Shown in pieces: positions 27,840-37,879 of a stretch of 64,000 bases of DNA; positions within the stretch are counted from its first letter, which is position 1; the number at the start of each line of letters is the position of its first letter. The DNA is from a virus. Below the pieces are notes generated by a model, which was not told the origin of the DNA, did not search any database, and saw only the letters and a list, made by a program, of their open reading frames with translations. The position numbers and the translations under genes were made by a program. The stretch is from positions 1 through 64,000 of the IMG/VR virus record IMGVR_UViG_3300006924_000007; one strand, written 5' to 3'.

Positions 27840-28622
27840 TTATCTTGCTAAAGAACCATCTGGATTAGTAGCAAATCCTCGGTTTTCATTTGCTCTTACA
27901 CGTCTGTAATATTCTTCTTCTCCTATTTTGTTAATAATTCTTTCTCTTTGGGCTGCGGAATCTGCTTGTCTCTGTGCATCTGTTCTGGTGTCAGTAGATC
28001 TTCCCTCACTCAAATTAATTACCTCTCCAGTTGGTTCTGGAATGTTTTCTATTGCTTCTGCTTCTCGTGCTGCTTGTGCTTCTGCTGCTTCTTCTGTTGG
28101 CACGAACCCTGGCAATTCTTCTCCTGGTGCCGGAGGTGATGATAGACCCTGTTTTGCTTTTTCAAAGTCTTCCTCATCCGGAACAGCAGGTTTTTTTGGT
28201 GGTGGCGCACCACCCATTTGATGTCCTTGTGCAACTTGACCAGAAAATCTCGAAACATCTCTGAATTGTGTCGTGCCATTTTCCGATGCTTTTATCTTTG
28301 CCCCCGATACTTCATTTCTTCCTAATACCTGCATGATGACTGGAAGTTGCTCATCTTCATCAAGATAAAATCCTATGACCCATTCACCGCCCGATAGTCC
28401 GGTTGATGTTCCATTACGATTTCCAGCAGAAGTTGATTGAGATACAATAGCCCATGGCAAATCCTTATCAAGAATTTCAGGTCCTTTAGAATGTTTTCCT
28501 GGTATTCTAACTTTTACTCTATTATTATGTGCATCACTCCATGTTCCATTTTGAAGATATTCAGTCCAATTAGGTGGGACTTGTCCTAAGAAAAATCCGT
28601 CTGGTAATGTTGCGCTTTTCAT
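27840..28622 (-). CDS. gp5-like baseplate hub protein, N-terminal OB-fold only
   Basis: RVKVRIPGKH...LPWA...GEWVIGFYLD...P.IM. Confidence 0.75.
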   Translation of the reverse strand: MKSATLPDGFFLGQVPPNWTEYLQNGTWSDAHNNRVKVRIPGKHSKGPEILDKDLPWAIVSQSTSAGNRNGTSTGLSGGEWVIGFYLDEDEQLPVIMQVLGRNEVSGAKIKASENGTTQFRDVSRFSGQVAQGHQMGGAPPPKKPAVPDEEDFEKAKQGLSSPPAPGEELPGFVPTEEAAEAQAAREAEAIENIPEPTGEVINLSEGRSTDTRTDAQRQADSAAQRERIINKIGEEEYYRRVRANENRGFATNPDGSLAR

Positions 28623-29923
28623 GATTTATTTTTCTCCGTATATAGACCGTAACTGTCACGAGCCAGTGTTAATGACGTAATAGACCTTGTTGGTTCATAA
28701 TGATGGCATAAATCAACTATTAAGTATTTACCACTTTGAACTGGGTCCATATATCCCTGTTCTTTTTTGGATTGCGTAATAATTTCAAAGTAGCAGTCAA
28801 TTGTATCACCTGCCCTTAAATTTGGATTGCAGGGAACTTGAATGTCAACTAACTGGCTGAATAATATATTATATCTCATTGCTGCCTGTGCCTGATAATC
28901 TTTAGGATCATTATTATCACCACCTTTAATAGTTGGTTCAAGTGTGCCGATATCTAGAATATTATAATTTGTTTTAGTATATGCATTCACATCAGGTGCT
29001 TCTGCGGATTTACCTAACGATTTTACTAATTTGCCATCAGTAAATTTATATTCAATTTCGGTCTCTTCAAAAGTTTGTGGATTAAAATAAATGTTTCTGG
29101 AAAAGAAAACTCCCGCATTTAAAGCATTCAAAATATTTTGATTTTTTCTCATATGAGATGCTAATATTTTAAAATCATTTTGATCAGTATTCATACTTCC
29201 TAATAATACTTCTGATTTAAAATATCTCGCAGATATTGGTTGGGAAATTAAACTGTCAATTGATTTAAATTGAAATCCATCTTTTGTTTCAAAGAAAAAG
29301 AATCCGGCACTATCTTTTTCGGTAGTAGATTTTGATGCCAGATTGCAACATATTTCAAAAACAGATTTACTATTTCCGGCAAAACTATATGGGTTTGCAG
29401 TATTCTGTATATTTTCTTCCTTTACTTTTATTGATTCACTTTTTCCGGTCAAAAATTGTTTGATAAGCAACTTGACAGAATCACCAATATTACCCTGGTA
29501 TTTTTTCATTGCGGTGGATTCTGAATTGAGTTTTGCTCCCTCAGAAAAAAGACTCAATAAAATTGCTTCTCTTTGAGAATTTTGATCCGGACTTGTGCTG
29601 CCATTTACAAATAAAGGTCTGTTAACAAAATCAAGTTCGCCAAGAGATGATTCAATCCTAAATTTTAATTTTTCATTTCCCGTGAGGGGAAGTGCATTAT
29701 AAATTGATCCAACTCTTTCCTGCTTATCATATTTTTTATTATATCGTGCAGAATATCCCGTATCCATAATTACCATGTTTGCAGTTATATTTGGAGACAT
29801 TATACTTTCATAGTAATTAAATTCTAAAGTTTTTCCTTCTAATTGCACCTTGATTTCCTCACCATCTCTATCTTTGGTAAGAGTTATTTCGCTGTATTTT
29901 GATGCTGCGGATGCTTTTGCCAT
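28619..29923 (-). CDS. baseplate hub/tail protein (gp27-like)
   Basis: FFFFETKDGFQFKSID, VP.NPNLRAGD, SGKYLI...LARDSYG. Confidence 0.7.
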   Translation of the reverse strand: MAKASAASKYSEITLTKDRDGEEIKVQLEGKTLEFNYYESIMSPNITANMVIMDTGYSARYNKKYDKQERVGSIYNALPLTGNEKLKFRIESSLGELDFVNRPLFVNGSTSPDQNSQREAILLSLFSEGAKLNSESTAMKKYQGNIGDSVKLLIKQFLTGKSESIKVKEENIQNTANPYSFAGNSKSVFEICCNLASKSTTEKDSAGFFFFETKDGFQFKSIDSLISQPISARYFKSEVLLGSMNTDQNDFKILASHMRKNQNILNALNAGVFFSRNIYFNPQTFEETEIEYKFTDGKLVKSLGKSAEAPDVNAYTKTNYNILDIGTLEPTIKGGDNNDPKDYQAQAAMRYNILFSQLVDIQVPCNPNLRAGDTIDCYFEIITQSKKEQGYMDPVQSGKYLIVDLCHHYEPTRSITSLTLARDSYGLYTEKNKS

Positions 29924-29932
29924 TTTATTATA

Positions 29933-31582
29933 TTATGCAGTAGTATATACGATGGGTTGTACTACAACAAGTAGTCCTTCTTCATCATCAGAAGATTGAC
30001 TGATGACATTTGCCGATATAGTTTGGTTTCCGATGGGTGATATTTGAGCATCATTATGATCTGCTCTCGAAACTGTTTGTGCTTTTTTGAATCTTCTATA
30101 ATGTTGTCTAATCATATCACGAAGTTCTGGTCCACCACTACCCTTTGCTGCTCCTTTTCTTAAACCATATAAATCCCATCGAGCAACATTGCCACCCCAT
30201 TCTGAAGGACCATAATTATCAGGTTTCCCATCTCCATCATCATCATTGTGAGCTGCAAGACCTCTGGGATCTAAACCAGAACCTGCCTCTGCATGAGTCC
30301 AAACATTTTTATTGATGTCAGATTCACTCCATCCCCATGCGATTGCTAGTCTTGCAGCTTCTGCGGTCATGGCATTTAGTTGTGCCTGAGTAGGAGGATG
30401 ACTACCCATACGATTTAAATCGGTTGCGCCACCTGCCGCAGCAATACTCAATCCAACGGCATTAGTATTCTTTCCTTCAGTATGTCCGACACGAGTATCA
30501 TATGAAGAATTGGGCTTGCGGGTTCCGTCACCTGCAAAAACTGTATGATAACTACCATTACTATCATAGTCACCAGCAGTCCAATGTAGATATATTAAAG
30601 TGCTTTTACTTCCATTACTTCCAGCATTAAATCCTGTTATGTTCATGGGAACAGGTGTTGTTTGTCCTGATGTTGTTGGTAAAACAAAAGTTTGTCTTTT
30701 TGGATCGGAACTACCCCCATTGGGACCATGATCATCTCTGCTTGCAGCAGCTGCAGCAGCAGAAGCAGCAGCATTCTCCTCCGTATAACCTTGTGGCATA
30801 TCCGGTGGCATTACATATGCTTTTCTGTCACCTTTATCATATCTTCTTCTTTGATCTGGACTGAAATCTGATCTTACAAAATTTCCTTCCGCAGTCGTTA
30901 TACCCTCTTGACCTGCTTCATTTATTGTAAGTGTTGCACCACCAGTTTGTAATTTTAATTTAGCACCAAATTTTGATGTTAAATTATCTATTAAAGGTTT
31001 TAAAGCGTCAACAAGACCTCCAAGAGGTCCTAACTTAGTTCGTATTCCCTCCAATAGATTATCTTTTGCTGTTTCTATGTCTTGACGAAACTTAATTTGT
31101 TTTTCTTCTAACTCTGGACTTACTTTTCCATCAGGACCACTCACTGCATTTATTAAAATTTGAATAGTATCAACGACTGGTGTTATAAATTTCCCAACTG
31201 CAGTAAAAATATTTTCTAATTTTTTCTTTATTGCCGGAAGTGCATTTGCCAAGATTCCTGTGAGGACAATCAATCCAAAATCCATCATCTTATCAAAAAG
31301 ACTTCCACCCGGTTTTGCTAGAGCACCTTTTACAGATGATGCCATCTTTTTAAGGGATGATGTCCCTGCTGTTAGTTTTTTCTCTTCTTCTTTCTTTTTC
31401 TTTACACTTAATTTTTTCTTTTCTTGATCATCTTCCTTTTTGTCAGTTTTCTTCGTATTCTGATTTTTCTTTATGAGAATACTCTTAATGTTAGTGACAT
31501 TAAGTTTTAACTGTTTTAATTGTGCTTGTTCTGATTGCTGAGGTTCTTTTTTTACCTCTTGGGATTGTTCTTTTACTTCCAT
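29933..31582 (-). CDS. tail-associated protein with N-acetylmuramoyl-L-alanine amidase-like domain
   Basis: IYLHWTAG, YH, HT.G.N..AVG, WTHAE. Confidence 0.7.
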   Translation of the reverse strand: MEVKEQSQEVKKEPQQSEQAQLKQLKLNVTNIKSILIKKNQNTKKTDKKEDDQEKKKLSVKKKKEEEKKLTAGTSSLKKMASSVKGALAKPGGSLFDKMMDFGLIVLTGILANALPAIKKKLENIFTAVGKFITPVVDTIQILINAVSGPDGKVSPELEEKQIKFRQDIETAKDNLLEGIRTKLGPLGGLVDALKPLIDNLTSKFGAKLKLQTGGATLTINEAGQEGITTAEGNFVRSDFSPDQRRRYDKGDRKAYVMPPDMPQGYTEENAAASAAAAAASRDDHGPNGGSSDPKRQTFVLPTTSGQTTPVPMNITGFNAGSNGSKSTLIYLHWTAGDYDSNGSYHTVFAGDGTRKPNSSYDTRVGHTEGKNTNAVGLSIAAAGGATDLNRMGSHPPTQAQLNAMTAEAARLAIAWGWSESDINKNVWTHAEAGSGLDPRGLAAHNDDDGDGKPDNYGPSEWGGNVARWDLYGLRKGAAKGSGGPELRDMIRQHYRRFKKAQTVSRADHNDAQISPIGNQTISANVISQSSDDEEGLLVVVQPIVYTTA

Positions 31583-31586
31583 ATTC

Positions 31587-33386
31587 TTATACCATTATTC
31601 CATAAATCCCAGAAGTCGCGACCCTGGATCCATCCATCGGATTAGTACTTGAAATTGTTGGTTCTTTTGTTGCTTCACCTATTGATAATGGCATCTGAGT
31701 CTGTGCCTTTGCTCCCTCTATTATTTCTGGTGGTAATGTAATCGTTCTTATTTTGCCCCTTTTTCCTGAGGAAAGAACTTGATATATTTTTTCGGTTCTC
31801 GTATTATCAATAATAGATCCATCAATTCTAGGCATAAAAAGTTCTGGTCCAGATTCTCCGACCAAATAAGGTTTGCCTGATGTTACAGGACCACCCATTC
31901 TTCTTGTACCAGCAAGTCGTTCGAAGAGTGGTGCTAATTCAACATTATATTTTTCATCTAATGCTTTAACTTTAGCTTTTTTGTTGTCATCAGCGTTGAC
32001 CATTCTAAAATATCCAGTGGGATCCCACAATCCTTTGGGTGCAACTTTATCTAACTCTTTAAAATACCTATTTTTAATTGCATCTTTATCTTGCATGGCT
32101 TTTTGAAAAGCATCCACTGCCTCTATGGTTGCATTATATTTTTCTTCCCCAAGGTATGCTTTCACTTGAGATGGTAATGCCATACCCATTTTTCGTGCAT
32201 ATTCATCAGGATCTTCACCTTTTGCTATTGCGTCCCTTTCGGTCGTAACACTACCCATAAGAGTTTTATTACCAAAAATATCTTCAAATTTTACTGATTT
32301 TCCATCATCACCCATAACTACACCTGATTGAGTAGTTTTATTAGATCTTAAGTATTTTTGTCTAGCTGCTTCATCAAATGCTGCAAATTGTCCTCCACCA
32401 CTTATAGACTTACCAAGAGCATCCGCAAGCATTGCTATTCCACCTGCTGATGTAATAATACCAAGTAATGTTAAAAGTGCAGGAGCACCGAGTAAACCAA
32501 ATAGAAAACTTCCTATTGTAAATAATATGGATCCAACACTAATTATTGAACTGACGATACCTATAATAGGACCCATTAAAAATAATCCGGCAGCCACACC
32601 TGCTATCCATTTCCAATTATTCTTGATGAATGAAAATGCATCTTCCATCTTCTTTCGGTTTTCTTCATCACTCAACCATTTAAATGCTGCATTGACTGCA
32701 ATACCTGCACCAACAGTTAAAACAAATTCTTTTATCTGATCAAAAATACCCTTAAAAGGAGAAAGAACTTTTTTCGTAGTATTTGCTAGTGCAGCACCAA
32801 TTCTCTTTCTACCTTTTTCTAGTGCGCTTTCTTCTGCTTTTAATTTTTCACGAGAACGTTCTTTTTTTTCTTTCTGCTCATCGCCTTTTTGTTCTGCAAC
32901 TTGCATTGCAAAATCACTTGCAAGTTGCTTTTGAATCTCTACAAGAATTTTATTAGTTTCTACTAATGTTTTGTTAAAATTATTTTTATTATCTTTATTA
33001 CTGCCTGGTAATTTTTCTCCGATTTTACTTTTTTGATTTTGAAGTGTATTTTTAATGCTTGTTATTTTTTTGGCATTTTTAGTAGTTTTTTTTACATTAC
33101 TTATTATTTTTTCAGTATTTTCAGTAGTTTTTTTTACGTTACTTATTATTTTTTCAGTATTTATTTTAATTTTTTTTGCATTTGAACCAATTACTTCCTG
33201 ATGTTCGGGAAGAATTTTTTCAATTGTATTTACTTTGATACGAGTGGTTCTTACAATACGAGCAAGTTTACCAATTTTACTTTCTTTTCCTAGAGCAGGA
33301 CCCTCTTTTCCGAACACTGCCGATGAGACATTCGTGACATTTATTTTTGTTAGTTTCGGTGTTTGCTGCTCTAAGTTAGATTCCAC
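31587..33386 (-). CDS. tape-measure-like / tail hub protein
   Basis: coiled coil, hydrophobic segments, R..GGPV..G.PYLVGE.GPELF.P. Confidence 0.65.
   Translation of the reverse strand: MESNLEQQTPKLTKINVTNVSSAVFGKEGPALGKESKIGKLARIVRTTRIKVNTIEKILPEHQEVIGSNAKKIKINTEKIISNVKKTTENTEKIISNVKKTTKNAKKITSIKNTLQNQKSKIGEKLPGSNKDNKNNFNKTLVETNKILVEIQKQLASDFAMQVAEQKGDEQKEKKERSREKLKAEESALEKGRKRIGAALANTTKKVLSPFKGIFDQIKEFVLTVGAGIAVNAAFKWLSDEENRKKMEDAFSFIKNNWKWIAGVAAGLFLMGPIIGIVSSIISVGSILFTIGSFLFGLLGAPALLTLLGIITSAGGIAMLADALGKSISGGGQFAAFDEAARQKYLRSNKTTQSGVVMGDDGKSVKFEDIFGNKTLMGSVTTERDAIAKGEDPDEYARKMGMALPSQVKAYLGEEKYNATIEAVDAFQKAMQDKDAIKNRYFKELDKVAPKGLWDPTGYFRMVNADDNKKAKVKALDEKYNVELAPLFERLAGTRRMGGPVTSGKPYLVGESGPELFMPRIDGSIIDNTRTEKIYQVLSSGKRGKIRTITLPPEIIEGAKAQTQMPLSIGEATKEPTISSTNPMDGSRVATSGIYGIMV
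33081..33162. repeat. 42-bp tandem duplication in coding region
   Basis: NTEKIISNVKKTT twice, one nucleotide mismatch. Confidence 0.85.
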
Positions 33387-33558
33387 TATTTTGCTGCTGC
33401 GATTTTAGGTTTTCTTCTTCAATGTGTTGCTGAAGTAATGTTAGATAAATATCCTTCTCCCAAGGAATCATATTTTCAATCTCAGTTAAAGAGTATTTAT
33501 GATGCTGAATCAATGCAAAATTAATCTTAAAGTATGACTCAAGATTCGTGTGAGCCAT
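33376..33558 (-). CDS. gp51: baseplate hub assembly catalyst gp51
   Basis: NFAL.QHHKYSL.EIENMIPWE..IY. Confidence 0.9.
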   Translation of the reverse strand: MAHTNLESYFKINFALIQHHKYSLTEIENMIPWEKDIYLTLLQQHIEEENLKSQQQNSGI

Positions 33559-33560
33559 AC

Positions 33561-34286
33561 CTAACTGAAAAAAGCTGCTAACCCTTCAAGAAGCACTTCG
33601 GATTCAACACCAGTTTCTGGATTTTTCACTGCAATCTCATGTGATAGTTTAGGCATTGTAGTAAAGAACTTTTCAATTTGTTTGAACTGTTTGGTGTTCA
33701 TTTGTTCTATAAACTCACTGAGTTCTTTTTGAGTGCAATCAGATGCTTCCCAACTTTCTTCTTGGTTATAGACCATTTCAATACAAGAAGAAATCATTGA
33801 AAGTGATTGTCCGATGTCTCCGGTGTTTGTTTGATTTACTTCAAAATTGTTTTCAATAAACTGATCCAGTGATGGATACTTAAGTTTCATTGAAATATCA
33901 TCATCAAGTTTGACGATGTTCTTATGTCCTCTGGTCTTTTTAACTTTGATGTCATCAATATTGATAGACACCTCAACTTGAGTTTCACCATCATCGGGGC
34001 ATGTTATATTCACTTCTATAGTCTCGCCAACAGACTTTGCACGAATATTAAGGAATAGATATTCAATATCAAAAGTTGCCAAAGATTCTACTTTAATATC
34101 TTTTGCAAGAATACAATCAGTAATAATTTGAATGATTGCACTGGTAATCTGATTCATGTCCTCAGATTCCATTGCCATAATAAGAATTTTTTCTTCTCTT
34201 ACAAGGAAAGGTCTATATTTAATCTTCTTTCCGGTAGAAGGCAACACCAACTCATAAGTCGGTGTATTAATCTTGGGTAAAGGCAT
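33561..34286 (-). CDS. gp26: baseplate hub subunit gp26
   Basis: MPLPKI..P.YEL.LPS....KYRPFLVREEK. Confidence 0.92.
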   Translation of the reverse strand: MPLPKINTPTYELVLPSTGKKIKYRPFLVREEKILIMAMESEDMNQITSAIIQIITDCILAKDIKVESLATFDIEYLFLNIRAKSVGETIEVNITCPDDGETQVEVSINIDDIKVKKTRGHKNIVKLDDDISMKLKYPSLDQFIENNFEVNQTNTGDIGQSLSMISSCIEMVYNQEESWEASDCTQKELSEFIEQMNTKQFKQIEKFFTTMPKLSHEIAVKNPETGVESEVLLEGLAAFFS

Positions 34287-34336
34287 GGTAATTGTGATAA
34301 CACTTCAGTAATTTTATTTAGCGGGGTTATTTAAAG

Positions 34337-35311
34337 TCACCATCCTTCTAGTACTCGTTTAACACCATCTGCAGTGAGTGGTAAGTTTTCATCAGTAATT
34401 TTACCATCCTTAATGGCTTTCAAAACAGCTGCCTGGTTATCATTGAGAGCTAACATTCTAGTTACTCGCGCCCCAGGTGACAGTTGAACATTCGATGGCA
34501 CTTCAAAAGAAAGTCCCGAACGCTCCCCTGTGTTTCCTGTTGAATCGTTAAGTAAACTATTTCTATTATCCTCAAAGGATTCATCGGCAGCTGTTGATCC
34601 AGTTGACGGGAGAGAGGTAGTGGTGGCAGTTGTATCATTTGCCACACGAGCAATATCATTAAATCCACTTGAGTTTGATTTTTTGATAGATCCTTTGGGA
34701 TTCACAATGTATCGGTCATATGTAAATTGAACAGAAACTTTTAGTAAATCTGCCGCACCATAAGATACGGGAATTGCTGTGACTAATTTTGGAAATGCAT
34801 TGACAAACTGATAGTCTATTTGAGAGTTAAAATCTCTTTCAAACTTTGAGATGAACATCGTCTGAACTTTATAGTTGTCAGGATAGTTCATTCTTCTATA
34901 ATAATTATCATCTAATTCTGATATTTCTGCTTCTGATCCCCCGGCAATATAATCCATCCATGATTCAAATATTTTTAAATTGACATAATTCGTATCAACA
35001 TAGAATGTAAAGTCAATATCAGTATATAAACGAGTATGAGCAAACTCCTGAGGAATACCCATGAAATTATCTCGAACTTCTCCTGTGGCAAGAGAACTCG
35101 TTGGCAATGATGCCTCAGAACAAAGAAGACCAGTTTTTCTAGATAAAAAATTTCTTACATCTTCTCGGAAACCAATTCTTTTCTGAATATAACTCATCAG
35201 AGTGGAATTCAATGTGGAAAAACTTACCATATAGTAATTTGTTTGAGAGAGGTCACCGACCAATTCTCTCATATCTTTCATCGCAAATTTTTTAACTGTC
35301 CTATTTGCCAC
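34337..35311 (-). CDS. tail tube initiator / tail tube-like protein (gp54-like)
   Basis: LLCSEASLP, FTFYVD, FESW, NAFP; divergent from gp4. Confidence 0.75.
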   Translation of the reverse strand: MANRTVKKFAMKDMRELVGDLSQTNYYMVSFSTLNSTLMSYIQKRIGFREDVRNFLSRKTGLLCSEASLPTSSLATGEVRDNFMGIPQEFAHTRLYTDIDFTFYVDTNYVNLKIFESWMDYIAGGSEAEISELDDNYYRRMNYPDNYKVQTMFISKFERDFNSQIDYQFVNAFPKLVTAIPVSYGAADLLKVSVQFTYDRYIVNPKGSIKKSNSSGFNDIARVANDTTATTTSLPSTGSTAADESFEDNRNSLLNDSTGNTGERSGLSFEVPSNVQLSPGARVTRMLALNDNQAAVLKAIKDGKITDENLPLTADGVKRVLEGW

Positions 35312-35352
35312 TCTAAATACCTTTCAGGAGTATTACATTATTAAGTATTTAG

Positions 35353-35790
35353 ATGTCTTATAAGGGAAAATATCGTCCATCAAATCCAGAGAAATATAGA
35401 GGTGATTATACTAATATTGTTTATAGGTCTTTGTGGGAATTAAAGTTTATGAAATATTGTGATTCCAATGAAAATATATTAGAATGGGGAAGTGAAGAGA
35501 TTGTGTTGCCATATGTTTCGCCCATTGATAATAGATATCACAGATATTTTCCTGACTTTTATATCAAGGTTAAAGAAAGAGGTGGTAAAATTAAAAAATA
35601 TGTGATTGAAATCAAACCTAAAAAACAGTGCGTTGAACCCAAAGTTCAGAAAAGAAAGACTAAGGGATATGTCTATGAAGTTTGTGAGTATGCCAAGAAT
35701 CAGGCAAAGTGGAAAGCAGCAAAAGAATTCTGTGAAGATAGACAATGGGAGTTCAAAGTTCTAACAGAGGATGAGTTAGGTATTAGATGA
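35353..35790 (+). CDS. gp4: head completion nuclease gp4
   Basis: YKGKY.P.NP.KY.GD, YRSLWE, RYFPDF, EIKP. Confidence 0.92.
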   Translation: MSYKGKYRPSNPEKYRGDYTNIVYRSLWELKFMKYCDSNENILEWGSEEIVLPYVSPIDNRYHRYFPDFYIKVKERGGKIKKYVIEIKPKKQCVEPKVQKRKTKGYVYEVCEYAKNQAKWKAAKEFCEDRQWEFKVLTEDELGIR

Positions 35791-36134
35791 ATCGCATAGA
35801 AAAGATTAAAGATAAGATTATCGGAATGACTGATCCAGAAGACCAAATGATGGAAATCATGGGTGCTCTGAATGGAACAGTGACTCCTGTTCCTGATCCA
35901 GGTGGTTACTATACTTTTGTTTATAATGCAAAGACACTCAACATTGAATATGATCAACATCCACTTATTGCCTGCACCGGAGTTTATCAGTGGGGATTCG
36001 TAGGTATTAACATGCACTGGAGACAATCTAGAGCATATACATGGGCAGAACTTGCAGGACAACTTTATATTGTTGATATTGATGAGTTTGATGATTTGAA
36101 AAATATTAATTATGCGAAATTCGTGACTAAATAA
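35787..36134 (+). CDS. DNA end protector gp2-like
   Basis: YTFVY.AKT...YDQHPLI...GIN.H; follows gp4. Confidence 0.65.
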   Translation: MNRIEKIKDKIIGMTDPEDQMMEIMGALNGTVTPVPDPGGYYTFVYNAKTLNIEYDQHPLIACTGVYQWGFVGINMHWRQSRAYTWAELAGQLYIVDIDEFDDLKNINYAKFVTK

Positions 36135-36159
36135 ATATGGAAACGAAAATAGTCATGTA

Positions 36160-37203
36160 ATGGCAGCCGTAAACTTTAATCGTAGTGGTAAAGGTCGCAA
36201 TAAACAAGTTCTGAGATATCCACTGAAGATGTTTACGGCTGGGACCGATTACCTTCAGATTGATATGATGACCTATGCTCCTGTGGGGAAGAAAGATCAA
36301 GATAAAGATCGATCAATATATGTTAGAAACCCGGACCAAGGATTTAGAAGAAATACTAATAAAGAACCCTTAGGAACTATATTATTACCAATACCAGGAG
36401 GTATTCAGGATAGGAATTCTGTTAATTATGCAGATGATTCTATGAATAGTCTGGTGGGTGCCGGATCTGGTATTTTAGAAAGTTTGATGACTGATGGTGG
36501 ATCATTAATTAGTAGTGCTCTTAGTAATATGGGTAATAATGCCGGAGAAATTAGTGCAGCAAAAGCAACTTTACTTAAAAATCTTAAGGCAGGATTTGCC
36601 GGTGCGCCAATAGATGCGGAACAAGCAATAGATATAGTTACCAAATCATTAACCGGACGAGCACTTAGTATCTTTGGTGGTAATGTTACATTACAAGGTT
36701 TACTGGCAAGATCTAATGGGCAGGTCTTCAATCCTAATATGGAATTGCTATTCAGTGGACCATCACTGAGAAATTTTGGTTTTGCATTTAAGATGACCCC
36801 AAGAAGTGCAGATGAAGGAGAAGAGATAAAACAGATAATTAGATTTTTTAAGAGAGGTATGGCTGCTAAAGCAGGAAATACTGGATTATTCTTAAAAACA
36901 CCTAATGTTTTTGAATTGAGATATCGGCAAGGAAATGAAGAACATAAGTTCTTACATAGATTTAAGCAATGCTTCTTGACAGATGTTTCGGTAAATTACA
37001 CGGGTGAGGGTGTATATGCAACTTATGATAATGGAACACCAGTCTCGATGGTAATGAATTTATCATTCAAAGAACTCGCACCAATTTATGATATTGATTA
37101 TGATAGTGATATGCAACAGAATTCTGATCCAAACTTCATCGGACCACCTGGTCCAGATACAATGATACAAAAGAACACAGGATTCGGAGGAGTAGGATAC
37201 TAA
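36160..37203 (+). CDS. gp48: baseplate tail tube cap gp48
   Basis: LRYP, NPNMELLF.GP.LR.F.F.FKM.PRS..E. Confidence 0.9.
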   Translation: MAAVNFNRSGKGRNKQVLRYPLKMFTAGTDYLQIDMMTYAPVGKKDQDKDRSIYVRNPDQGFRRNTNKEPLGTILLPIPGGIQDRNSVNYADDSMNSLVGAGSGILESLMTDGGSLISSALSNMGNNAGEISAAKATLLKNLKAGFAGAPIDAEQAIDIVTKSLTGRALSIFGGNVTLQGLLARSNGQVFNPNMELLFSGPSLRNFGFAFKMTPRSADEGEEIKQIIRFFKRGMAAKAGNTGLFLKTPNVFELRYRQGNEEHKFLHRFKQCFLTDVSVNYTGEGVYATYDNGTPVSMVMNLSFKELAPIYDIDYDSDMQQNSDPNFIGPPGPDTMIQKNTGFGGVGY

Positions 37204-37204
37204 A

Positions 37205-37852
37205 ATGGGATACTTCAGAGAACTACCAGAATTAGACTATCAGTCATTTCTATCTGATAGTAATTCATCTTCAAACTATCTAAGAGTCAAGAATCTCTTC
37301 AGGAGATGCAAACTTCGTGATGACTTACAAAATGTCTTTACTCTCTTCAATAAGTATGAGATTGTAGAAGGTGCAAGACCTGATACTGTGGCAGAAGAAT
37401 TATATGGTGATGCAGAACTTGATTGGGTTGTTCTGATGACTGCAGGTATTATTAATGTTAGAAATGAATGGCCACTCTCAGATAGACAGATTTATAATTA
37501 TTCATTAGAGATTTATGGTGCTCAATTAAATGATATGCATCACTATGAAACTAGAGAAGTAAAAGATGCTAATGGTAGATTAATTTTGCCCAAAGGTAAG
37601 GTTGTTGATTCTACTTTTAGAATTCCGGATCCTGACTCTTATACTGCAACAATATCTCCAATCAATGGAATCTCTAACTATGAATATGAAGTTAGAAAGA
37701 ATGATGCCAAGAGGTCAATTTTTCTTCTAAAAGAATCATATCTGCAACAATTCCTTAATGATATGCGTCAAGAAATGATTTACTCTAGATCATCTGAATA
37801 TGTGAATGAGAATCTAGTAAGAACAGAAAATACTAGAGTCACCTCACCATAA
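37205..37852 (+). CDS. gp53: baseplate wedge subunit gp53
   Basis: YFRELP, KNLFRR, RPD.VA..LYG...LDWV. Confidence 0.9.
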   Translation: MGYFRELPELDYQSFLSDSNSSSNYLRVKNLFRRCKLRDDLQNVFTLFNKYEIVEGARPDTVAEELYGDAELDWVVLMTAGIINVRNEWPLSDRQIYNYSLEIYGAQLNDMHHYETREVKDANGRLILPKGKVVDSTFRIPDPDSYTATISPINGISNYEYEVRKNDAKRSIFLLKESYLQQFLNDMRQEMIYSRSSEYVNENLVRTENTRVTSP

Positions 37853-37875
37853 AAAAAGAGGTCCGAAGACCTCTT
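37852..37875. terminator. intrinsic terminator between convergent gp53 and gp32
   Basis: AAGAGGTC-CGAA-GACCTCTT with A-run. Confidence 0.8.
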
Positions 37876-37879
37876 GTAA

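Noticed and set aside
35353-35790. TnsA-like endonuclease implying a transposon
   Set aside because: It is T4 gp4 in its normal gp54-gp4-gp2-gp48-gp53 context.
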